Assembly (NCBI GenBank): GCA_963744145.1
Contig: CAVUSO010000001.1
Span: forward strand, 2,592,001 to 2,656,000
DNA length: 64,000 bases
DNA from: an uncultured cyanobacterium
GTDB taxonomy: Bacteria > Cyanobacteriota > Cyanobacteriia > Cyanobacteriales > CAWUOF01
Direction: 5' to 3'
Shown here: piece by piece, positions 38,603 to 47,481 of the stretch
Layout: each line of letters starts with the position of its first letter
How positions within the stretch are numbered: the stretch's first letter is position 1
The notes under the pieces: model-generated
What the model was told of the DNA's origin: nothing
What the model saw: only the letters and a program-made list of their open reading frames with translations
Databases searched by the model: none
Translations under genes and position numbers: made by a program

Positions 38603-40921
38603 TTAGATTTTTTCAGAAAATGGGGTTGAGATTTTACCTGTTAGTAAATAAGTCATCATCTTTCCTTTTCCTTTGACTTCGAGCAGACCCCGCTGTTTAA
38701 ACAGATATTTATCCTTTAATATTTGATAAGTTACATCTGTGACTTGAATGGTGTCTGTAATTCCCTGGGATTCCATCCGACTAGCTGTATTAACGGTATC
38801 ACCCCACAAATCATAGATAAACTTTTTCAGACCAATTACCCCAGCAACTACTGGACCAGTATTAATACCGATCCGAATCCTTAATGATTTTCCCGTTTCT
38901 AGATTAAATTGATTAATATCTGCTTGAATATCAAGAGCCATTTCTGCGATCGCGACCGCATGATCAATTCTGGGTGTAGGTAAACCACCAACTACCATAT
39001 AAGCATCACCAATTGTTTTGATTTTTTCTAATTGATGCTGTTCAGTTAATTGATCAAATCGAGAAAAAATTTCATTGAGTAATCCTACTAGTTCGGTCGG
39101 TGGAATTTGAGCGGAAAGTTGAGTAAAACCAACAATGTCAGCAAATAAGACTGTTACTTCTGCAAAACTATCGGCAATTGTATGTTCTAGTTTTAATCTC
39201 TGGGCGATCGCTGCTGGTAAAATATTCAGTAGTAAACGTTCTGATTGTTCCTGTTCGTAACGTAATGCTGCTTCTGCTCGTTTACGTTCAGTAATATCTC
39301 GAAAACTCCACACACGACCGACAATTGTTTCCCCCATCCGCTCCGGGAGGGAATAATGCTCAAAAATTCTCCCATCCTGAAGTTCAATTAAGTCATTAAC
39401 TTCTAAATCTGGCTGATTATATATTTGTTTGAGCAAATTTAGTGCTGTTTCTGGATCTTTCAATCGTTTGGCAAAAAATCTCAACTGCTCTTGAGGACTA
39501 AATAATAACAGTAAGTCTTTAGAAATATCCCACATTTCCAGAAACTTATTATTTAGATTAATCACCTTACCATTAATATCTACTGCGAGAATCCCATCCG
39601 CAGTAGATTCAAATGTAGCTTGGAGTAATGCTAAAGATTTTTCCAGCGCAATTTCTGCTTGTTTACGACTGGTTATATCTTCTACTGTCCCTTCATAATA
39701 CAGGATTTTGCCATCCGGATCTCGCACAGTGCGAGAGTTTTCTGAAATCCAAACGATACTACCATCTTGACGATAAACCTGAGATTCAAATTGAGATACA
39801 ACATTATGTTTATTTGATTCTGCAATAAACTGATCCCTGCGATGGGGAATCACATAAAGTTGCTGATTGAGATCAGTCAACTTAGTCACCATTTCGGTTA
39901 GGGATCTATATCCAAATAGACGTGCTAGCGTCGGATTAGCGCTGATAAATTCTCCAGTTGGGGTGGTCTGAAAAATACCTTCAGTTGAATTTTCAAAAAT
40001 ACTGCGATATTTTTCTTCTGCTAATTTGGTTGCTGCTAGTGATACTTGTAGTTTTTCTTTCGCTGCACTTACTAATTCAGCGGCTTTTCTTAATCTCATG
40101 ATAATGTAAGCTGCAATACTTACAATTACAATAATATCAAATAAATATAATAATAGGCGATAAAATCCATTATTTTTTAAAGCTTTTTCATAATTATCAT
40201 TGTAAGCTTTATACAGGATTTCATTATGTTCCCATGTGGGGAGTGAAACTAGATTTTCGAGCAGATTATCTACTTGTGGTTTATGAGTAAGAATCACTTT
40301 AATATGAATAATTACTGTATCTAAATCTACTGGATTGATGACTGGTTTATCCTCATATTTATTTTCCGCTAGAGCATTGAGTTCTTCACGTATTTTTGGG
40401 GCTAAATCTTCGCTTGCTGTTAAATTATAAATGAGCACGTCTTGCAATATTTCATTCAAATCATCGGCAAGATTACGGTTTTTTAAGGTAATTTTTTGGG
40501 TCAGATCCGTGATTAAAATTGGTAAGTAGTATAAAGAATTTTTCAGCACAGCATTACGAGATTTAAACTTTTCAATTAAATCATCTTTTCGCTGTTGCAA
40601 TTTGATACAATCTGTCAGCAATTGGTGAATTTCAACTTGTCCATTTGGATCAATAAAGCTGGGGGTATGCTGTAATTTTTGTTCGATGGTCGTTAGTTCA
40701 TTAATCTGATTGACAATTGGATCGTAATAAGTCAATAATCCATATCTTAGTTCAAAGATATTTTGATTAATATTCGCATCTAACTCTTTCATCCGACGCA
40801 AATTTGTATTAAATCGGTCATGTTGTTGAAAATCAATTTCTCCGGTTTTAAGCCATAAAAACAGAAAGATTAACAATCCAATTATGACCACTAAATAATT
40901 GCGTCTATTTTGCATAGTCAT
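38603..40921 (-). CDS. Membrane class III adenylate cyclase with a periplasmic all-helical (DAHL-like) sensor and two PAS domains
   Basis: TM, periplasmic region (R.GLL..YDP.V; FKS.NA.LKNSL.Y.P), TM, PAS, PAS, then catalytic FADIVGFT, KIKTIGDAYM, YDLWGDTVN.ASRMES (Lys/Asp adenine specificity). Confidence 0.9.
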   Translation of the reverse strand: MTMQNRRNYLVVIIGLLIFLFLWLKTGEIDFQQHDRFNTNLRRMKELDANINQNIFELRYGLLTYYDPIVNQINELTTIEQKLQHTPSFIDPNGQVEIHQLLTDCIKLQQRKDDLIEKFKSRNAVLKNSLYYLPILITDLTQKITLKNRNLADDLNEILQDVLIYNLTASEDLAPKIREELNALAENKYEDKPVINPVDLDTVIIHIKVILTHKPQVDNLLENLVSLPTWEHNEILYKAYNDNYEKALKNNGFYRLLLYLFDIIVIVSIAAYIIMRLRKAAELVSAAKEKLQVSLAATKLAEEKYRSIFENSTEGIFQTTPTGEFISANPTLARLFGYRSLTEMVTKLTDLNQQLYVIPHRRDQFIAESNKHNVVSQFESQVYRQDGSIVWISENSRTVRDPDGKILYYEGTVEDITSRKQAEIALEKSLALLQATFESTADGILAVDINGKVINLNNKFLEMWDISKDLLLLFSPQEQLRFFAKRLKDPETALNLLKQIYNQPDLEVNDLIELQDGRIFEHYSLPERMGETIVGRVWSFRDITERKRAEAALRYEQEQSERLLLNILPAAIAQRLKLEHTIADSFAEVTVLFADIVGFTQLSAQIPPTELVGLLNEIFSRFDQLTEQHQLEKIKTIGDAYMVVGGLPTPRIDHAVAIAEMALDIQADINQFNLETGKSLRIRIGINTGPVVAGVIGLKKFIYDLWGDTVNTASRMESQGITDTIQVTDVTYQILKDKYLFKQRGLLEVKGKGKMMTYLLTGKISTPFSEKI

Positions 40922-41958
40922 AAAGGTTTACCTTGATATTCACCAGTTAGGGTTTCCAAAAATTCGCTAATTAAGTAAATTTGTTCAGCTTGAAGTTGAC
41001 GTCCTAATTGATATTTAGCCATCAAAGCGATCGCTGTTTCTAAATCTGAAGCTGACCCATCGTGAAAATAAGGTGCAGTTAAGGTAATATTGCGTAAGCT
41101 CGGCACTTTAAAAACATAACGATCTTCTTCATTTTTAGTAACATTGTATCTCCCCCAATCTTCGGGGATAACCTGACCGCGATCGGCAAAGTAATCTCCT
41201 AATACACCAAATTTTTCAAACAGGTTTCCCCCCACATTAACCCCCTGATGACAGGTAATACAGCCATAGCTTTTAAAAATCATATACCCATCTTTTTGGG
41301 CTTTCGTAATTGCTTTTTTATCACCGCGTAGATATTGGTCAAATGGGGAATTGGGGGTAGTCAGAGAACGTTCAAAAGTCGCGATCGCATCTTCAATATT
41401 ATGAGGATTTATCCCATCAGAATAGACCTGAGCAAATTCTTGAACCAAGCTGCGATTATTTTTTAATTTCCGGACTACGTCCGTCCAGTTTGAATCCAGA
41501 CTGTGAGGATTTTTAACTGATTTTTCAATTTGTTCTTCTAGAGTATCAACATTACCATTCCAATTTTGTTTAAAATTGAAACTACTATTAAATACTGTCG
41601 GTGTATTAAGTGGCCAAATGTTGCCATTTGTGCCGACTGAATAAGTTAATCCATCCATCCCAGCTTGACTTAAGTTATGACAACTAGCACAGGAAGTATT
41701 ATTATTTTTTGAGAGCTGAGTATCTTGAAATAGTTTCTGCCCTAAAGCAACTTTTTGGGGCTGCAAATTAATTTGAAGTGGGATAGGCTGAATTGGTTCT
41801 TTAACAGGTTTTTCCACCAGTTCATTGGGAATTTGATCAGCTTTTTCTAGGATATGTACCTGGGGCAAGATGGCAAATATAAAGAAGAATATTACCACTA
41901 GCAAAAATAGGCAAATCCATTTAACTGATTTAGTAGTTAAGAATTCTCTTTTAATCAT
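40918..41958 (-). CDS. Di-heme cytochrome c peroxidase (CCP/MauG family)
   Basis: N-terminal anchor, CASCH, NTPTVFN, WNG...LEEQ, CITCH, FKVPSLRNI.LTAPYFHDGS. Confidence 0.92.
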   Translation of the reverse strand: MIKREFLTTKSVKWICLFLLVVIFFFIFAILPQVHILEKADQIPNELVEKPVKEPIQPIPLQINLQPQKVALGQKLFQDTQLSKNNNTSCASCHNLSQAGMDGLTYSVGTNGNIWPLNTPTVFNSSFNFKQNWNGNVDTLEEQIEKSVKNPHSLDSNWTDVVRKLKNNRSLVQEFAQVYSDGINPHNIEDAIATFERSLTTPNSPFDQYLRGDKKAITKAQKDGYMIFKSYGCITCHQGVNVGGNLFEKFGVLGDYFADRGQVIPEDWGRYNVTKNEEDRYVFKVPSLRNITLTAPYFHDGSASDLETAIALMAKYQLGRQLQAEQIYLISEFLETLTGEYQGKPL

Positions 41959-42030
41959 ATAACAGCTATATTCTGATTAAATCCGACCTGATAATTAGAC
42001 AAAATCAGGACATAAAAATTTTCGGGACAC

Positions 42031-42109
42031 GGACAGGCAAGATGCCTGTCCCACCATCTTGTGTGGGACGGGCATCTTGCCCGTCCTATTTATTTTTGCA
42101 AGAGGTCTA
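42031..42109. mobile_element. Partial second copy of the 19627 MITE-like element (right end and palindromes)
   Basis: GGACAGGCAAGATGCCTGTCCCACC...GTGGGACGGGCATCTTGCCCGTCCTATTTATTTTTGCAAGAGGTCTA. Confidence 0.8.
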
Positions 42110-42346
42110 AGGATCAGTCGGTAGTGCTAAAAATGGCCATTATGCTGCTGTTGACATGGCACCCCAGGAATAAAAGTGCTGTTTGTATTTTAAACAGTTG
42201 TAGCTGAAAGCAGGATGCTAGGATAATTCTCTTGCTGCATCTAGTTGAATCGGGAAAAAGAGTTAATTTTTTAAATTTGCCCTGAAAAATTAGTTTTGCC
42301 AAGATGAATTATAGAAATTGGTGTGAAAAGGTAGGAATGACGAATC

Positions 42347-43588
42347 ATGCTAACTGGACAAAAGCCCCGACCAGAGAAACTTGCTTCCGGTTGTCCTCAT
42401 CTAATCTCTATGCAACACGATCGAGCTTGGGTAGAAATTAATTTAGCCGCTTTAGCCCATAATGTACAGCAGTTAAAAAGTCTACTTTCACCACAAACAG
42501 ATTTAATGGCGGTAGTGAAGGCTGATGCTTATGGTCATGGAGCCATTACCGTAGCCCAAACCGCGTTAGCACATGGAGCGAGTTGGTTAGGGGTAGCGAC
42601 AATTCCTGAAGGAATTGAATTACGGATGGCCCGCATCAATGCCCCGATTTTGATTTTAGGTCCGACCTATACTCAGGAGCAAGTTCAAGCTTTGGTACAT
42701 TGGCAATTACAACCAACTTTGTATTGTCCGAAACAAGCTTTATTGTTTTCAGAAACCTTGGCAAATCTGGAGCGATCGCTCCAGGTTCATATTAAGTTAG
42801 ATACAGGAATGTCGAGACTGGGGATCAATTGGCAACAAGCGGGGGAATTTGTCAAATTAGTATCCCAATTACCCAATTTACAAATATTGAGTATATATTC
42901 TCATTTGGCGACGGCGGATAGTCAAGATCAAACCGTAATGTTTCAGCAACAACAAAGGTTTGAAACTTCAATTCAGGATATCTGGTCTAGTGTCCCAGAA
43001 TTAGTTGGGGGAAGGAATGATAGATATTCATCAAATCGGGTTTTTCCCCGTTTACATTTAGCCAATTCCGCAGCGATGCTCACTGATCCATCTTTACATT
43101 ACGATTTAGTTCGCGCTGGATTAGCTATTTATGGACTTTATCCGGCTACCCATTTACAAACCATAGTTAAATTAAAACCCGTGATGCAAGTCAAAGCAAG
43201 GGTAACTCAAGTCAAACCGATCGCGGCCCATACTGGGGTTAGTTATGGTCATAAATTTATCGCCGATCGGGAAATGTTGATCGCTGTAGTGGGAATTGGC
43301 TACGCTGATGGTGTACCTCGTAATCTTTCTGGTCAAATGGAAGTCCTAGTTCGAGGTGAAAAAGTCCCCCAAATTGGCGCAATTACTATGGATCAGATGA
43401 TGCTTGATGTCAGTAAGATTCCAGACTTAGAGCTTGGGGAGGTGGTGACCTTACTAGGCACCCAAGCTGGTAAAATTATTAGTGCCGATGACTGGGCTGC
43501 TACATTAGGGACAATTTCCTGGGAAATTCTCTGTGGGTTTAAACACCGACTGCCACGAGTTGCTGTGGATGTTAAGATTGAAAAGTAA
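42347..43588 (+). CDS. alr: Alanine racemase
   Basis: AVVKADAYGHG, KLDTGMSRLG, YSHLATAD, GYADG, GAITMDQ. Confidence 0.96.
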   Translation: MLTGQKPRPEKLASGCPHLISMQHDRAWVEINLAALAHNVQQLKSLLSPQTDLMAVVKADAYGHGAITVAQTALAHGASWLGVATIPEGIELRMARINAPILILGPTYTQEQVQALVHWQLQPTLYCPKQALLFSETLANLERSLQVHIKLDTGMSRLGINWQQAGEFVKLVSQLPNLQILSIYSHLATADSQDQTVMFQQQQRFETSIQDIWSSVPELVGGRNDRYSSNRVFPRLHLANSAAMLTDPSLHYDLVRAGLAIYGLYPATHLQTIVKLKPVMQVKARVTQVKPIAAHTGVSYGHKFIADREMLIAVVGIGYADGVPRNLSGQMEVLVRGEKVPQIGAITMDQMMLDVSKIPDLELGEVVTLLGTQAGKIISADDWAATLGTISWEILCGFKHRLPRVAVDVKIEK

Positions 43589-43630
43589 AAATCTAGTTAT
43601 TTAAGCAAAAATCTGAAAAATATTACCAAT

Positions 43631-43670
43631 ATTTAGGTTGACCATTTAGGTTGACCATTTAGGTTGACCA
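43631..43670. repeat. 13-bp perfect tandem repeat (ATTTAGGTTGACC x3)
   Basis: Direct inspection. Confidence 0.9.
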
Positions 43671-43966
43671 CTATTTTCAGTCTTTCGCCCGCCAGCAGTG
43701 GGACCAGATATCTGGTCTGTGTGACATCTTACGGTAGATCGGAATATCTACTTGATCACTTGTAGCTGGCATCAGGGCGATGCTTGTAATTTCTGATTTT
43801 TAGGTTAAATTATAAAGTACAGAGGTAATGATATAATCAACCCCATTGCTGTAAAATCAGCTTGACTTTAGTCCGAAATAGTTAATGATAGGACATCTGC
43901 TAGTTCAAATCGCAAAATTACTGATTTTGCTTTCACCATAATTCTGATTGAGGATAAGGTAAAAAC

Positions 43967-44548
43967 ATGGGTGAACTTACTAAAGAGGAAATGCGCGAAA
44001 GACTTGGCAATATTGACCAAATTCGCGATATTATTTTTGGCGCACAACTGCGCGAGTATTCGGCTCGATTTGATAAAATTGAGTCAGATGTATCCATGAT
44101 TCAACAAGAGATGCGCGATCGCATCGATCAAGTCAAAAATGTTCTCTCCACTGAAATTCGCACCGCGATCGATTCAATGGAGAAAAAAACCAAAACCTTG
44201 AGCTTGACGGTAGAAGATGAAAGTACCAATATTCGTCAACAGGTAGAACGACTCAACAAGAAGTTTTCTAGCAGTATTGAAGCTTTAAATGAAGCAGTTG
44301 ATAACCAAAGTACCTCCATTCGGGAAGATGTCTCCCAAACTAGAGAAAAGCTCCAAGAAGATACTCGTAACCTGAGAAATCATGTGTTTGAAGAGTTAGA
44401 CAGACGCTTTTCCCTGCTCCGCGAAATCAAAGTTTCCCGTGATGATATGGCGGAAATTCTGTTTGAACTAGGAATGCGTTTAAAAGGAAGTGAATTTGTT
44501 CCCCAATTGAAAGAAGCGGCTAGTGTCGATAAATCTTTTGGAGAATAA
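43967..44548 (+). CDS. Coiled-coil/apolipoprotein-like hypothetical protein
   Basis: IDQIRDIIFG N-terminal motif, heptad-rich middle, KVSR..MA..L.ELG.RL C-terminus. AGGATAAGG ribosome-binding site. Confidence 0.75.
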   Translation: MGELTKEEMRERLGNIDQIRDIIFGAQLREYSARFDKIESDVSMIQQEMRDRIDQVKNVLSTEIRTAIDSMEKKTKTLSLTVEDESTNIRQQVERLNKKFSSSIEALNEAVDNQSTSIREDVSQTREKLQEDTRNLRNHVFEELDRRFSLLREIKVSRDDMAEILFELGMRLKGSEFVPQLKEAASVDKSFGE

Positions 44549-44653
44549 AAACTTTTAACCATGTAGCTCTACCAGTTCAAGTTGCAGATGACAACTAGCC
44601 GGTAGTAGCACATGGAGTTAGCTGAATAAACCTTAAAAAATTATTAGGGTGCT

Positions 44654-46957
44654 ATGAAACAGCAAGAAGATTTTATTTCTGAATCGACTGAGCTGAATGA
44701 GGATTCTGAAGCTATGTTTAATAGCTTGCAGAGTTTGTTGCTTGATCTACTTATAGATGATGATAAAGACAATGTTGCAGTTGTCTCATCCTCCCAGCTC
44801 TCAACCACTAATGGTCACAGTGAAAACCTACCCATTCCTCCTACTGTTGCTAGTCCAACGAATGGTCATGTCATCACTCTCCCACTAACAGATGATACTT
44901 TAGTTTTACATAATTTAGTCACTCTTGATGAAAATTCACCAGAATTATTAGGAGAGGTAATCTCTCCAGAAGAAATTGGAGAAAAATCCGACAAACAAAC
45001 AGAAATAAGCTTAATCCCTTATCAGGTTGAGCATCAAGAACAATTGAGGGCTTCAGAAAAAGAAGAAACTTTAGTACCTGCTGAAAATTTACCGAATGTA
45101 GTTAATCCCCTAGAACGACTCCAAAGTCTATTAGTGGGAAATAATATGAAAGAATTTCAGCAGATAGTTATCCAACTAAAAGAAAAACTTAATCATCTCG
45201 AAAATCAGATTTATACTCCGGAAAATTTACTGAATTTATTGATGCCCTTAATTGCAGAACTTTTGAAAATAGATGTTTCTGAAGCAAGAGCAGCTTTTAT
45301 TAATGAAGCAGCGATCATTATTGGGGAAATGCTTCAGCAAAAAGTTGAACACCATCGGGATCAAGTGGGAGGGTTGTTAGCACCATTAATTTCCGTAGCA
45401 ATTAGAGAACAAATTAAGGAATGTCCAGAAGAAATTGCTGAAGCAATTGGACCAACAATGGGGAAAGCAATTCAAGAGCAAATTAAATTAGAAAAAGATG
45501 CAATGGTAGATGCTCTTTACCCTGTCATTGGTAGCACGATCGCTAAATACATGGCTGAAACAATTCGTTGGATTAATCAACAAATAGAAAATACTTTTAC
45601 CCTCCAGGGGGTTTACCGCAAAATTAGGTCAAAAGTTCAAGGAGTTAGTGAAGCAGAATTAATTCTCAAAGATATACCTTTTCGGGTTCAAGCAATTTTT
45701 CTAATTCACAAAGGCTCAGGTTTAGTAATTGCCGAAGTCCAGCAATCCGGTGATGAACAACTAGAGGCAGAAATGTTAGCAGGGATGTTAACAGCTATTC
45801 GCAGTTTTGTCAACGATTGTATTGCTCAGACTGGGAGTGAATCGGAACTAGATAAAATCGATTATGGGAATTCTAAAATCATTTTAGAAGTAGCCGGTTA
45901 TTGTTATTTAGCAATTGTAGTTAAAGGAGAGCCTTCTCAAAATTTTATCAGAAAAATGCGGGAAGCTATGGGGACAATTGTCCAAAGTTATGGTAACCCA
46001 ATTGAAGCATTTGATGGTGATCCTAGCAGTATTCCCCCGCAAGTAAGTATAATTTTAGAGAATTTAAGAGATCTGGAATTACAGGAGGGAAAAAAGCGCA
46101 ATTTTTTACCAATGATCACAATCACCCTGGTCATCTTAGGGATAATTGGGACTTGGGGATTTTATCAGTATCGCGATCGAACGAAAAGTCTTGTTCAAGC
46201 AGAAATTAGTGATGCACTGATCTCTGTACCTGAGTTATCGGTTTATCGTCTGAATGTGGAGATCAATGGTGATACCCTCAAACTTTCTGGACGAGTCCCC
46301 ACCCAGTATCTCCGTAATCAAGCTGAAAAAACGGTCTTGTTGAATCTACCCCTAGCATTTAAACTAGACAATCAGATTGTCCCAGTTGAAGTACCTCCTG
46401 ATCCGGTGTTAACAGCCAAAGAAGTAAAAAGGTTAACATCTATTTTTAATAATATGACGGGAGTTGCCATTTCCGCTCAGTATACACCACCAGGAAAAGT
46501 TACCATTGAAGGCATATTGAGTGAACGGACAGATGCTAAAAAAATTACTCAAGCATTTGAGAAGATTCCGGGTGTGCATTCGGTGACTAATAGTGCACAT
46601 GTCCAGGAAATCGGGTTGGGAACTCGGATCTATTTTGAGACGGGATCAGTCAAGTTAAAACCAACAGAAATGCAAAAAATTAGTCAGCTCAAAATATTCT
46701 TAAAAAGATATTCAGGCAAATATTTTCGGTTAATTGGATATAGCGATCGCAGTGGCAATTCCACAGAAAACCAAGTGTTAGCATTGGAACGAGCCAAGGT
46801 AGTTCGAGATACTCTAGTTGCTGGTGGGATGGATGCTAAACACTTACAAATTGTGGGCACAAACCAAGCTCCCTTAGATCTAGATGAAGAAGAACCACTA
46901 TGGGTAAGTAGATGTGTTGAAATTGAAGCAATCCCACCAGATGTGAGGGACAAATAA
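44654..46957 (+). CDS. Membrane protein with a large cytoplasmic region, BON domain(s) and a C-terminal OmpA-like domain
   Basis: ALYPVIG..I helical repeats, IFLIHKGSGL...MLTAIRSFV.D domain, TM helix near aa 487-505, LKLSGRV (BON), IYFETGS...IGYSD..G...N..LALERA..V...L (OmpA). Confidence 0.85.
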   Translation: MKQQEDFISESTELNEDSEAMFNSLQSLLLDLLIDDDKDNVAVVSSSQLSTTNGHSENLPIPPTVASPTNGHVITLPLTDDTLVLHNLVTLDENSPELLGEVISPEEIGEKSDKQTEISLIPYQVEHQEQLRASEKEETLVPAENLPNVVNPLERLQSLLVGNNMKEFQQIVIQLKEKLNHLENQIYTPENLLNLLMPLIAELLKIDVSEARAAFINEAAIIIGEMLQQKVEHHRDQVGGLLAPLISVAIREQIKECPEEIAEAIGPTMGKAIQEQIKLEKDAMVDALYPVIGSTIAKYMAETIRWINQQIENTFTLQGVYRKIRSKVQGVSEAELILKDIPFRVQAIFLIHKGSGLVIAEVQQSGDEQLEAEMLAGMLTAIRSFVNDCIAQTGSESELDKIDYGNSKIILEVAGYCYLAIVVKGEPSQNFIRKMREAMGTIVQSYGNPIEAFDGDPSSIPPQVSIILENLRDLELQEGKKRNFLPMITITLVILGIIGTWGFYQYRDRTKSLVQAEISDALISVPELSVYRLNVEINGDTLKLSGRVPTQYLRNQAEKTVLLNLPLAFKLDNQIVPVEVPPDPVLTAKEVKRLTSIFNNMTGVAISAQYTPPGKVTIEGILSERTDAKKITQAFEKIPGVHSVTNSAHVQEIGLGTRIYFETGSVKLKPTEMQKISQLKIFLKRYSGKYFRLIGYSDRSGNSTENQVLALERAKVVRDTLVAGGMDAKHLQIVGTNQAPLDLDEEEPLWVSRCVEIEAIPPDVRDK

Positions 46958-46959
46958 CT

Positions 46960-47481
46960 ATGGCAACTATATCCAAGAAAATTTGTTTAGTTGGAGATTT
47001 TTGTGTTGGTAAAACTAGTCTGATTCGCAGGTTTGTGGATGGGCAGTTTAGTGATCAGTATTTGTCTACTGTCGGAGTCAAAATTTCTAAGAAAATTTTA
47101 GCCCTGCAAAATATCGCTCAATCAGACAAATTAAACGTCCAATTGTTAGTCTGGGACTTAGAAGGTCACACCAAATTTAAAGCGATCGCTCCCACCTATT
47201 TACAAGGATCTAGTGCGGCGGTGGTGGTTGCAGATGTCACCCGACCGGAAACGATTGAAAGGATTCCGGAACATATTAAACTATTTTTCTCAATTAATCC
47301 GAAAGGATTTGTGATTGTGGCTTTAAATAAGTCTGATCTGCTGAATGAGGAAAATTTGGCCAAATTAAATCGGTTTGAAGATGGAGATAAAATATTAGCA
47401 ACTTATCATACTTCGGCTAAAACAGGTAATTTCGTTGATGAAATTTTTGAAAAGTTAGCATACCGCATAATTCAGCCATAA
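46960..47481 (+). CDS. Rab/Ras-like small GTPase
   Basis: G1 GDFCVGKT, G2 STVG, G3 WDLEG, G4 NKSD, G5 TSAK. Confidence 0.92.
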   Translation: MATISKKICLVGDFCVGKTSLIRRFVDGQFSDQYLSTVGVKISKKILALQNIAQSDKLNVQLLVWDLEGHTKFKAIAPTYLQGSSAAVVVADVTRPETIERIPEHIKLFFSINPKGFVIVALNKSDLLNEENLAKLNRFEDGDKILATYHTSAKTGNFVDEIFEKLAYRIIQP

